Below, piece by piece: positions 1 to 12,070 of a stretch of DNA of 64,000 bases. A model generated the notes under the pieces. It was given only the letters and a program-made list of their open reading frames with translations, was not told where the DNA came from and ran no database searches. The stretch comes from Octopus sinensis (taxonomy: Eukaryota): the NCBI RefSeq assembly GCF_006345805.1, contig NC_043001.1, positions 97,588,001-97,652,000 on the forward strand. The letters are read 5' to 3'. Made by a program: the position numbers and the translations under genes. Each line of letters begins with the position of its first letter. Position 1 is the first letter of the stretch.

Positions 1-2406
1 ACCCACAGATACACACAATTTACTTCTACCAAATCCACAAACAAGATACTTGACCAACGTTCCACGCAGTGGGAACGAACAGCTACGCCTGCACCTCTGT
101 ATAATGTATGCACATACGAACACAAGCACAGATGCAAACACAGACACGCGCACACCACGTGAAATTAAAATATTCTCTGAGTTTATTTTTTTGAAATTTT
201 TGATTTTTTTTATATAGTTACGTATTTTGTGATTTTCTCCAAAATATCCCAAAGATAAATGTTCATATATTGGTGGTAGTGGCAGTTGGTAATTACTTTT
301 ATTACATCTGTTCCCGTGGATGATTAAGTGAATATTTTTATAGCAACAAATATATATAAATGGACTTGCTCTATTATTAAAGGCTGGTAACGCCTCCAGT
401 ATGCCTCTCGTTTTTGAGTAAATGCTATTTCGAAATATAACTCTAATTAATATTATAGCTCATTAAGGAATGCTTTGCTGTTTTCGATGAAACACTTGTT
501 AAGCTCTTCTATCACGTTCGCTTTATTCACAATGTTTATGAAAGGAGATAGTAACATTTTATGCAGTATGTTTCCAAAGGATTCCAAGAAAGTGTATACT
601 TTCTCAGCGTGACTCAAATTTGCTGCCAGTGTATTCATGTTCGCAATCGTCGTCATTCTCTTCGCTGCTGTAGGGCGTTGATGACAGTGACTATAAAATT
701 CGAATTCTTCCTTCGAATGATATTATAACGTTACTTCGCTCTCATTCATTTTCATAGAATTTTCTTATCAGAGATATTTGGGTGATGGCCACTCGATGAC
801 CACTTGGCTCACAAGGAACCACCTTTCGCAAGTCTCATCCTTAGTTCTACTGAGTTTCCAGATACTCTCCTCACAACAGTACCAAGGGATTCAAGTGTGT
901 ATGTGATGGTGGGTGGGGGTCGCTGATAATTCATTCACGTAACAGTTTGTACTCATTTACATTATATTAATAACAGGTCTGACCTTATTTTAATTCACGT
1001 GGTTACTATAATATGTTCCCAACCAGACCAGTTGGTCCAACTACTTGTTACAGCTGTATAGATTTCTGCTCTTACAATTTATATTTGCATTAGTATTTTC
1101 CTCTTCATTTCCGTTGATATAATAACCGAAATATACATTTGACATATCCTGTGTAATTACATACTGTGAAGAATTTATCGTAGCTATTTAGATTAAGTGT
1201 GCTTTTGTAAGGTTTTCTTTTGTCATTTGATTTGATAAAGTGCTCGTTTACTCGTTATCTGTTGCATATATGTACATCTGTATTCATCGCTTCTTATAGG
1301 CCTTACACAAGTAACTGAGATTACCTCGACGGTGATTAACATTTTTACGCATTATAAAAATGTAATATCACGCACTTGCTCAGTATTTCAAAACTCCAAT
1401 CTTTAGATGTACTTAGAAAACATGTCACTTTTGTGAATGAAAAATATATCAACTACGCGGTTAATAAAACATTTTTTCACATATTTGAATATAGGTAATG
1501 CAATCGCTCCATTTGCAAACGGAGCTGAAATTTCTTTGAAAAAAATACCTAATTTCTTAGGGAAATATTTAGGAATGACACAGCGCTGTAGCACGTGAAT
1601 AACTGTGCCTTTGAAACGGTTTAAACAACTGTAATTCCTTTGAAGTGAATCCGATTAGGACTGAAAATAGCAATAAGCATTGAATTTCCACAAGATATCA
1701 AGATATTTTTAGACGCGTCAACAGATGTGCACGTATTAATATAACATACAGTAGAGTTTTAAAATATAAATCTTAACTAAAATGGCTCTCTTTTAATGAA
1801 ATATAAGCTATCATCTTTCCAATATTATACCATGAGAAAAATATATCTTAAACGGCCTCTGCTGAAACATATTAAGTGTTGTATTAAATATGACGCAGAT
1901 TTTGCGATACGTAAAACAAAGCAATTCTACTACAATAAAATATAAAACATCGTTTACTTCTGCTCTCAGAATGAATGCAGTTAGATTTTATTATCATCGT
2001 GAACTAACTCATAGTAAAATACATTGTTATTCTGCATAATTTGCTTTGTGATAGTTTTGTATTATAGTTTTTGTTTCCGAGTGTTGAAAGGCTGAGCCCC
2101 CCCACCACCACCACCAAAAAAAAACGTGGTTTCATCGTTTCGTTTAAAGAAGAAACAATTCGCTCACATTTACTAATGTAGACAAATATTCCGTGAATCC
2201 TTGACCAATACCAGGTTTGTGTCTCTATAACAATACTATATATATATCTTGAATATAGTGCCCTTGCTAAATCTTAGTTTATACGTATAGTATAAATTTA
2301 AGTTAATTGATTAGACACTACAGCAGGCATATTCCTGATATATTGACTTACACATACGCATCTCTACCTTTGATTATATGTGTACACATCAATGTGCTTC
2401 TATGTC

Positions 2407-2977
2407 AAGGTGGCGAGCTGGCAGAAACGTTAAAATGCCGGGCGAAATGCTTGGCAGAATTTCGTCAACCGCTACGTTCTGAGTTCAAATTCCGCCGAGG
2501 TTGACTTTGCCTTTCATCCTTTCGGGGTCGATTAAATAAGTACCAGTTACGCACAAGGTTCGACATAATCAACTTAATCTTTTTGTCTGTCCTTGTTTGT
2601 CCTCTCCGTGTTTAGCTCCTTTGTGGGTAGTAAAGAATTAGGTATTTCGTCTGCCGCTACGTTCTGAGTTCAAATTCCGCCGAGGTCGACTTTGCTTTTC
2701 ATCCTTTCGGGGTCGATAAATTAAGTACCAGTTATGCACTGGGGTCGGTGTAATCGACTTGATCCGTTTGTCTGTCCTTATTTGTCCCCTCTGTGTTTAG
2801 CCCCTTGTGGGTAGTAAAAAAATAGGTATTTCGTGCTCCGCTACGTTCTGAGTTCAAATTCCGCCGAGGTCGACTGTGCCTTTCATCCTTTCGGGGTCGA
2901 TAAATTAAGTTCCAGTCCCAGTTGCGTGCTGGTCCCCTTCCCTTAAATTTCAGGCCTTGTGCCTAGGGTAGAAAATA
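2407..2977 (+). mobile_element. tRNA-derived SINE (family A) with its body tandemly repeated about 2.5 times
   Basis: Head GGCGAGCTGGCAGAA is followed by B-box GAGTTCAAATTCC three times. The body repeats with a 184-185 bp period (ttcgt at 2461, 2646, 2830) and ends in the tail GGCCTTGTGCCTAGGGTAGAAA. The same family occurs elsewhere in the window. Confidence 0.9.
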
Positions 2978-4546
2978 CTGTGCGTGTATGTCTGTAGAGG
3001 ATAATGTTCGTTATGGGTAAATGTGTGCTCAAAAACATGATGAGATCGAGCATTAGATATGCTTAGACAACATAGATGTTTATTTTACATTTATGAAAAT
3101 AATACACCGTATTCCATGAAACCAATTCCTACTTTGTGACTATGGTGACGGGTTTCACTGCACCATATATCTTCCTACAGATGAATTACTTAGTTAGAAA
3201 AGTGAGAAGGACATTTCTTCGAACTACAATGTTTGCCTCATAAAATTTCTTGCGTGAACGGTAGAAAAACAATCACTCAAATGATACAGGTAAAGACAAA
3301 ATTGGAGAAAATGGCGAGAAAGGTAGTATGGAATGTTTTCGGTACATAGATAGAAATGCTAGAAGCCTTATATTTTGTAAATGTATTTTTGAAAGGAGGA
3401 GAAAAAGCTATCTCTGAAAGGTGTAAACATAGAGCAAAAGTAATTACAATAAGTACTAAGCCAATATTTTCAAGAATTCAGCTAAGGAGATAGAATACTC
3501 GTATGATTAATACTTACAGTTTTTATTTCATTTAGATGAAATAAATGCTGTTAGAATTAATTATCGATGAATTAAAATGAATGGAAAATAGACTCAAAAG
3601 CTTCTGTTCCACTATGATCAAGTAGTTTCCTATAATGGAAAAATCTATAAGAAATCGTTAATTCTCTGAGATAAGACGTTATTCTAAAGAACCGTTAAAG
3701 TATTTTGATAAATATAATATCAAAGAAACGATTAGAGGCAAGTTAAGTAAGTTCTTTGCACGAAACAGTACTTTGAATCGATAATTTAGCAATTATGAAA
3801 AAATAGATATATAATCATTCCAGATAACAATAACAAAAAAATATTTGGTGTTTAAGAAATATTCAAAGAAATATTTTGAAGAAGCTACAACGGAAAAAAA
3901 TTTCTAACTTAATTTTCAAATATAACGATTATTAAATATTAAATTTTAACTATAATACACTACTAAATTTATTTCACCTCAGATACATGAATATACGGAA
4001 GTGCATATTTAATTAATTTGTTTCAATAAGAATTTTATTTACGAGTGTCGCCTCGAATACATAACACAATCTTCGAAAACTGAACATTGTTTGATCTGTA
4101 TGAGCCGATTAAAACAAATAGAGTATACTGTAATTTTTATGGAGTCGAATATTCAAAAGAATTTACTATGAATTCAGTACATGATTCGTTGTTTACTACT
4201 CGCAATAGCAACAGTCTATTCATATTTGATACTGCTTTCAAATTTTGGCACAAGGCCAGCAATTTCGTGGCAAAGGCTAAGTTGATTACGTCGACTTCAG
4301 TGTTCAACTGGTATATATCTTATCGATTTCGAAAGAATGAAATGAAAATATGATCTCGGTGGAATTTAATCTCAGAACGTAAAGACTACTTAAACGCCGA
4401 TAACCAATTTATCCAGCGTGCTTAAAGATATTTCTAACTCACCGCTAATTTCCTGTTTGATATTACCTAAACTATATAGGTGTCGTCATGACCGAGTTAT
4501 GAAAAAAGGTCGCTAAGCAACTTTCTTGGCATTTTGGGAAAATGTT

Positions 4547-4752
4547 TAAGACGGTGAACTGTCAGAATTGTACCCCCTGGGCAAAACACTTAACGATATT
4601 TGGGCCATTTTTAACGTATGAGTTCAAATTCCGTCCAGGCCGATTTAACTTTTCATCATTTCGGGGTCGATAAAATACGTTCCGATTGAACGTTGAGGTT
4701 TTTATGATCGAGTTCACCATTCTCCTAAAATTGCTGGCCTTGTGCCAAAATC
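4547..4752 (+). mobile_element. Diverged SINE family A copy (an opposite-strand head fragment lies at about 4355-4445)
   Basis: Contains GAGTTCAAATTCC, TTTCATCATTTCGGGGTCGATAAA and the tail GGCCTTGTGCC. Confidence 0.8.
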
Positions 4753-5252
4753 ATTAATATGGTGAACAGTTTTATTCCTCGGGGCCAGTATAGCCTTTTG
4801 GCCAATCCAATCCATATTCTGATAATTAGCTTGTAGATCTTGGAACACTGCATCTCTGAGATCAGAAGGCGTCTTAACAATGGTACAAATGGAATCGATG
4901 GCAATATTACCATTTTCATCCCCTGGTATTTTGCCTTCGCCAAGTGCAAGGAGGGTGTGAGGAAATGCTGCTGATGTGATATTACGTCGCATATGAGCAC
5001 GCATATTGGTGTGAAGTTTGAGAGTTACTTCCCTTTATTAAAAAAATATGCATTAAAATGGGAGAAAATGATGGTAAATTATTTGTAAAATCGTAGACTC
5101 ATCGTAGACGCGCGCTAATACCCAGAAGGGCTCGATATGAATCACGACTATAAGATACTCGGTTTTGGTTAAACTGCATCGCAAAATGTGGGAGTAGTTA
5201 GGAATCTAAATCGGAGTAGACAGACACACAACCTTTCTTTTATATATAAAGA
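4753..5252 (-). mobile_element. Internally deleted Helitron: 5' terminus joined to a PIF1-like helicase fragment
   Basis: The minus strand starts A|TCTTTATATATAAAAG at 5252, a Helitron-type 5' TC end after A. The helicase fragment reads LHTNMRAHM...FPHTLLALGEG...VFQDL...WIGQKAILAPRNKTVHHIN, matching NMR and AILAPxN motifs of Helitron helicases. No 3' CTRR end is visible; the SINE truncates it. Confidence 0.85.
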
Positions 5253-5379
5253 TTTTCGTCCGTCCTAAAAAACTTTGTGCGGAGTGAATGGTTACCTCTA
5301 TGGAAATATATACACACACATTATACATACATGTGTGTATAGATGAATATATAAATACATTTAAATATCTATATACGCG

Positions 5380-6078
5380 AAGAAATACGTGGGCCTTACA
5401 GAGGGTAACTTCAAGGCCAGGTTCAATAACCACACTTTGAGCTTTAGGCACTGGAACAAAAGAAAAGCGACACAATTATCTAATCATATTTGGTCTTTAA
5501 GAGATAAAGGTGTCGATTATAACATACATTGGAAGATTTTGGCCAGATGTAAGCCCTATACCAACGGCAGCGGAAGGTGTGGTCTATGCAACATGGAGAG
5601 ATGGCTTATCTGGAAAAGCAGCTTAGACCCTACTACATGTCTAAACACAAGGACAGAACTTTTCGGATCATGCCCATATGTGACTAAATTTCTGTTACGT
5701 TTTTGGTCCCCTAAAGAAAACAGATAGAACATGCTTTCTATGTTATGTCCCAAGAAGATTTTATATATTTTTATATATTTTTATATATTTTTATATATTT
5801 TTATATATTTTTATGGCGCGTAAAATGCGAGCGATGTATAAGTACGCAGGCAAGCAGAGTTATAACAGAGTAATTTCCCTTTGTATAACAGTATTTTTCA
5901 TAGCGTTTTCAAATAGCCAGATAACCGAAGAGATGTCGTGGATTCCCACTCCGGCATCTGAAACTCAGAGTGTTTTATCTTGACTATTGAGTAATGTAAT
6001 ATATTATTGTATAGATAAATTTCCTCTATTTACATAATATTGAGGTCTCTTTCTTTCTTTTGTTATCTTACCGTTTTA

Positions 6079-6080
<2 letters not shown>
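5380..6080 (+). mobile_element. 5'-truncated Penelope-like element: GIY-YIG endonuclease C-terminus plus 3' region
   Basis: 5380-5727 reads KKYVGLTEGNFKARFNNH...WKIL...CGLCNMERWLI...LNTRTELFGSC, matching YxG, R..H, CxxC..E and LN.R.E motifs of PLE endonucleases. It is followed by a (TTTTATATAT)5 tract at 5758-5814 and a hammerhead-like motif at 5919-5980. Confidence 0.85.
5919..5980 (+). ncRNA. Degenerate minimal hammerhead-like motif
   Basis: AGATAA-CCGAAGA-GATGTCG..CGGCATC-T-GAA-ACTCAGAGT-G-TT-TTATCT. Stems I and II pair and stem III is near-palindromic. U4 is C and the residue at the cleavage site is G. Confidence 0.5.
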
Positions 6081-6167
<87 letters not shown>

Positions 6168-7049
6168 TATATGTATATGAATGTGTGTATATGTCTGTGT
6201 TTTGTGTGAACGTGGAGGTGTGTTTGATGAACAGGTGACCTGGTGAATTTTTAACCTTGTGAGTGCAATCATGTCGTCGTTGTGACACTCGTTCATCGAC
6301 AACGTAGCATTTACCATCATTTCCATTCCACCACAGCTGCTTGTCACTTTCAATGCTTGTGTGTTTTCTTTAACATTAGTCTTATCTTATTCGCTTCCGA
6401 GGTTCTCCCACCATATATATATAATATCTAAACGCACCGTCTGAATTTTAAAAGTAATGGGATATATGTGTATGTGTTCATGTGCGTCTGTTTTTGTGTG
6501 AGCGTTTTCTTGATGTATGCATTTTTGGTTTACAAGCTCGTTCCTACAAGTAAGACGTTGAAATGATTTATCAGTCAACAACGAACAAAATAAGCACTTT
6601 TAGAATTACCATATTTTCTATACATATGATGCAAAATGATGAAATAACTGTCATAAATTAACCTAGACACTTGAGCATTTTGCATGCAGAAAGATTGTTA
6701 AGCAATAGAGAAAGGTCAAGTAAAATGACCAGTGAATAAAATATCTTTCTTACAATATATACACTGAGCGTGCATTGTAGAATTATCTGCTAACATCAAT
6801 AAGTTTCAATGCTCGTATTGTGGTTTGCAAATTGATGAGACAAAAACACTAGAAACACTGTAATATTATTGGCATTCATTCAATCTGTTAATGGAGATCA
6901 AACAGTAAATCAGTTTCCATCGTTGAAAAGAAATGACAGCCACAATGGAAGATAGAGTTATTCATATTTTACATTATTCCTTTAAAAGTTAGAAACTCTA
7001 ACTCAAGACAATGAGTGACGATTTGTACTGATGGAGCTCACTCTATAGT

Positions 7050-7242
7050 TCGTTTTTGGATTTGGTTTGCAAGATTCTTTATATGTGTTCGTGTGTTGAA
7101 GCATATTCGGTTGTGTCTGGGGATAGTCATTTTCTTTTTGTGCCTTATAATGTAACACACTCACCGGTAAAATTTCCACTTTTTTTATTTTATTTTCCTA
7201 AAATTTTCGCTGCGTCTTGCAACCTTTTCAATAGTCTTGACT
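7050..7242 (-). mobile_element. Short non-autonomous hammerhead-bearing element (PLE pseudo-LTR-like)
   Basis: Flanked by a 9-bp direct repeat CTCTATAGT (7041-7049 and 7243-7251). A homologous copy lies at about 58810-59025. It contains a hammerhead motif at 7198-7234. Confidence 0.8.
7198..7234 (-). ncRNA. Minimal type-I hammerhead motif, U3-A8 core variant
   Basis: Minus strand reads CTA-TTGAAAA-G-GTTGC-aagac-GCAGC-GAA-AATT-T-TAG: 3-bp stem I, 5-bp stem II and palindromic AATT stem III. Confidence 0.65.
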
Positions 7243-8890
7243 CTCTATAGTATTATATCAGAAAGAGCTTATAACAATTGTAAAGGAAGCAAAAGAGTAT
7301 TCTTGCAACAAAAAGAATTTCTATGTAGTGTACGTTGCAAACCTATTGGGAGTTCGGCAGGAACATGTTATTGATAAGCTGACCGTGATAAAAAATAGTC
7401 CATTAAAAAGTTCATTTAAAGAAAGACATTTTATGGACGGATTTTCTGCACATATATTTTGCCTTATCGCTGGAAAGTTAGACTACTCTCAGGGGTTGAT
7501 GCTATGCTTTGTGTATCAACTTCAAAGCGAGATTCTTGCATTGTTTATTTTAGATATGTAATTAAATTAAAGATACTTTTGTGATTTGCTTCAATGTGAA
7601 TTTTGGATTTATCGTTTATAATGTTTGGAAGATTGCCGTAAGCTAAATGGAAATATTTAAGGAAAAAAAAATGAGAGTATTCTCAAGTCTACAAATAAAT
7701 ATATGAAAAAGTATAATGTTGATCTGGGGACAGAAAAACAAGAGAAATTAATTTCAAGTGCTTCGTTTGGAAATATAAAAGTATATAAAGGAAATGGCTG
7801 GTTTCATAGAAGAGAAATTAAAGCTTTATTTTATGTAATTAAACAAACGCAATACTATTGTATAATATAAACATTTCCATGGAAACGAAAACTTAACAAA
7901 CTGAATTCTCTATCGAGTGATAATGAAGTAGAAATTCAAATGGGTGATGTTTTTCTTTGTTTTGACAATAATTTCTTTCTTCTCCAACGAATGCCCTCTT
8001 CTAGCTTTGCTTCTATGACTTCAATCCTTAACAACGTATGTGAATTAGATCAATCGTTATTATTGAAAAGTAAAGGCAATGATAGAGATGCCATTGAAAA
8101 TATTGAAAGAGAAATGATTAGCATTTTAAAGATCATACATTCTATATTTGAGGTAAATCATAAAATGATAAAATTCCATTTGGCATCCTGGTCTATGTGT
8201 GAATCAGCCCTGCATAATTAAGGCGTGAATATTGCATTGGTCATCTACCGCATCCTACGAATTTTGTTTACAGCAATGCAAGGCTATGAATAGCAGATGT
8301 GAACTAAGAGAGGTGCGACGTCACCACCCCTGTTCAATGATACACACATTGTTAATTTTTTGAGGCTTGCTAGGAACGTCTCACTCCATATGGAAATCAT
8401 TAAATAATATATTTGCTGAGTGTTTTGTAAAACTCAGAAAACTGCAAGTAATTTGCAACAAGCAAACAGGGCAGTGATAGTCGAAGAATGTCCTGTACAT
8501 CGATTCGTATTACACGTTGCTCTGTGCTCGAGCGTACGAGCAGTATTTGCTACTGGATTTGATGTTAATGACATTTTCGAGAATTTGAATGTAAAAGCTG
8601 AATATGCAGAGAATAACGAAAGCAAACTATACACAGGTAGCCTTGATTAGTAAAATTGCCTTCACACAGGCCTGGTTACAGTGTCAGTCATTTTTTTGCT
8701 GAGTAATAGATACTGTTCCTATACGCAAATCCGATAACAAAACATTTCCTGGTATCCTTTCGGTGTGATGTGTCCTTACCCTCAAAGTCTCAAGGGAGTC
8801 CACTTCTTATATTCTAATACGTATACATACATACATCCATCCATATATAATATATATATATATATATGTATGTATGTATGCATGTATATA

Positions 8891-8959
<69 letters not shown>

Positions 8960-8963
<4 letters not shown>

Positions 8964-9870
8964 GGTCGCACCTTTAATTTGACCCGTTTAGCTGCAAAGC
9001 AAAGAATTTCGAAATACTTGTTAGAGAATTACTTTATACTAATGCTGATTTGTTGGCACACAGAGGTGGGAATATGTAACATTTTATGGACCGATTTTCC
9101 AGTGGATGAGTATATTTCGGATTCACAATTAGTATGGGGAAAAGCAAAGTAATGTTTACTCCCGTGTCGGGACAAACATTTTCTAAACCGAATATCTTGG
9201 TGAATGGTTCAATGTTAGCAGTCGGTGACACCTTTGTTTACATTGGCAGCACACTATCAAGAGAAGTTGGTATTCATGCAGATATATTGTATCGCATAGG
9301 GAAGAGAAGCGTTGCATATAGAAAGCTCGGAAAGCGAGTATGGGCAGATGATGGTATTCCCCACGGACAAAAACCAGTGTCTATAAAGCGTGTGTATTGC
9401 AGGCATTTCTTTATACAAGTATCATATAAAAATGCTGGAGAGATTTCATGAAATATGTCTCAGACGTATCCTAGGAGTCAAGTGGGAATGTTTCATACCA
9501 GATACAGAAGTTTTGCGCATGGCACGTTGCAGCTGAATTGAAAAAACATGTTATCTTTGCTCAAATGAGATGGACTGGTCATGTTATTAGAAAAAAAAAA
9601 CAAGCGTTTGCCAAAGCGCCTTTTTTATGGTGAGCTGAACTAGTGTAGGTGATCACAATCTTACCTGAGGAAAAGGTATAAAGACTGTGCGCATGAAAAC
9701 GTGAAGAAACTAGATATGAATAAAAGTGATTGGGAAAATGATGTTGTAGATCGGATCAAGTGGAGAGGTGCTGTCAGGTTTGATTGCAATGCTTATGAGG
9801 AAAAGATGATTCAGCACTCTCAGCCTAAAAGAACCTCTCGCGAATGGAAAGATTTCATTGAAGTCATAGA
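8960..9870 (+). mobile_element. Decayed RTE-clade LINE, 3' RT and thumb fragment
   Basis: Reads GRTFNLTRLAAK..VRELLYTNADLLAH (degenerate YADD region), FGFTISMGKSKVM, FVYIGSTLS, CLRRILGVKW, RLPKRLFYGEL, RKRYKD and WENDVVDRIKWR. It has multiple stops and frameshifts. Confidence 0.85.
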
Positions 9871-10045
9871 TATTGAACACTTGAATGTCCGAGGTATACC
9901 TAGCCACTATCTAATGAACAAGGAAAAAAAATATTTTAATGACTCGCTATTGGAAACACTATTTTTGAGAAATTTTGTAAGGTGCATATGACAACTACCA
10001 GTGCTTAAACAATCACAGCAACTGTCCCCTTCTCTTCCTACTCCT

Positions 10046-10085
10046 ACTGCTACTACTATTGCTTCTGCTGCTGCTACTACTGGTT

Positions 10086-10160
<75 letters not shown>
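10046..10160. repeat. (TAC)n trinucleotide microsatellite
   Basis: Visible directly; it produces the poly-T and poly-S ORFs in the ORF track. Confidence 0.95.
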
Positions 10161-10419
10161 GGACAACATCTACGTTGACTACGGCTACCTACCAACCATC
10201 CATCTTCAGAAGGAATGCAACTAGCAGTGTATTTTGAAAGAAAATATGCGATTTCCGGTACTGGTATAACGAAGGATTAATCTAATTATTTCAATATATC
10301 AATATATTTTCCCTTATCTTACAACATGTTTTCCTCACGATTGAAACCTGTAATATATTTAAAGAAAATATATTTTCTTTCATTTTATCCATCATAGATT
10401 TGTCAAATAATCTTCTTTG

Positions 10420-10467
<48 letters not shown>

Positions 10468-11679
10468 GTGATTGTGTGTATATGTGTTTGTGTATGTATA
10501 TGTGAGTGTTTGTATGAATTTATGAACATTTATTAAAAATATATATACCAAATCATACACTGAAATCAAGGTGAATATTCATCGCACTGCATAAAGGAGG
10601 ATTAAATTTACGAGGAATTAGAAAAATTACTAATAAAAGATGATATTCATATGAAATAACATTTATCTTTCATAAAGGTAATAAATATATTTACACTGAA
10701 TTTAGAAATAATTTAATTATATTAACGAACGTATTTTAACGTCTCTTCATTATAAGGAATTAAAATAAATTTGATAAAGCAACAGAGTAGCCATATCTAT
10801 TTTGACTCAAATATTTTTGAAAATCCATTGCATAAAATATGCATTTAATGTTTCAGTCATATATCAAAATGTATCAATTAATTTTATGGTTTGTTTATAA
10901 ATTAATCATGTTCAAATTATAATTCTGAAATTTTCAGCACACGATAATACATAAATACGCTAATAAAAGATGTCTGCCTAAGATAAAAATGAAAGGCTTT
11001 GAATCGGAATTACAATTCTTGTGTTTTTAAAAATCTCTATTCTCGCTATTTTGTAGTAACTCAAAATGTCGTTTTGAAAGAATAACATTATTTAATAAAT
11101 CAACCTTATGTTAATTTATATAGAGTAGAAATAAATAAAAGCTCAGTTTAACTTCAATATACTGACTTATTATTATGAGAGAATTTTTATTTCTTGGCAG
11201 CTCATTCTACTAAATATACCACTCTAAATAACGAAGATATGTTAATTTCTGGAGATTTTAAAAGTCGTTGTAAATATACACGAATCGAACATATTTGTAT
11301 GTACAAAGAAGTTAGATACAGTTGAACGAAGTACTGTTTTTACAATGCTATTTATCTTAGATATCTTTACCTAATATACGTCATCATATAAGTAACAATT
11401 GATTATTATGATAGACATTTTTCAAGAGATGATATTAATGATTCATTGATTAATTTAAATATCGGTTTAAGAAACAGATAAGGAGATGAAAAATTTTTTG
11501 CAAACGGTTACAAGATAAGCGACATAAACCCTTTACGATTGACATGCTCTAGTGCAATTAACTATTGGATTTCCTGGGAAAAAAGGCTACGACGCTGCTC
11601 GCTCATTCTCGGATACGTTGATCATAAAAAATATTATCAACTTACTGCTGGGAAAATATGTATCCATCTATAAATCGTT

Positions 11680-12070
11680 CCTTATTTCTTTATTGTCCAA
11701 AAGGACGGACAAAAGGATTAAGTCGATTACTTCGACCCCAGGGCGTAACTGCTACTTAATTTATTGCCCCTGAAAGGATGAAAGGCAAATTCGACCTTGG
11801 CGGAATTTGAACTCAGATCGTAGCGGCAGACGAAATACCTATTTCTTTACTATCCACAAGGGGCTAAACACAGAGGGGAAAACAAGGATAGGCAAACGGA
11901 TTAAGTCGATTACATCGACACCAGTGCGTAACTGGTACTTACTTTACCGACCCCGAAAGGATGAAAGGCAGTGTCGACCTCGGCGGAATTTGAACTGAGA
12001 ACGTAACGGCTGACGAAATACCGCTAAGCATTTCGCCCGGCGTGCTAACGTTTCTCCCAGCTCGCCGCCT
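11680..12070 (-). mobile_element. SINE family A, two-unit tandem, with TSD
   Basis: Reverse complement of the family A head and two bodies. A near-identical flank ATCTATAAA(A)TCGTTCC occurs on both sides (about 11665-11681 and 12076-12092). Confidence 0.9.

Larger units (their letters stand above)
6700..8330 (+). pseudogene. Decayed hAT (Charlie/Buster/ZBED5-like) transposase, interrupted by a 193-bp insertion
   Basis: Shows IVELSANI...GLQIDET (first catalytic D at 6834), ILLAFIQSV, VTICTDGAHSIV (second D at 7030) and VIKNSPLKSS...SQGLMLCFVYQLQSEILALF. Frame +2 runs from 7247 to about 8330 with scattered stops. Removing insert plus one TSD (202 nt) restores frame continuity. Confidence 0.75.

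Noticed and set aside
2459-2915. CRISPR-like or satellite array
   Set aside because: The units are whole SINE bodies with no spacers, in a eukaryotic context.
8420-8650. ORF in the same frame as the hAT remnant, as its continuation
   Set aside because: It lies beyond the apparent C-terminal motifs and shows no recognisable transposase similarity.
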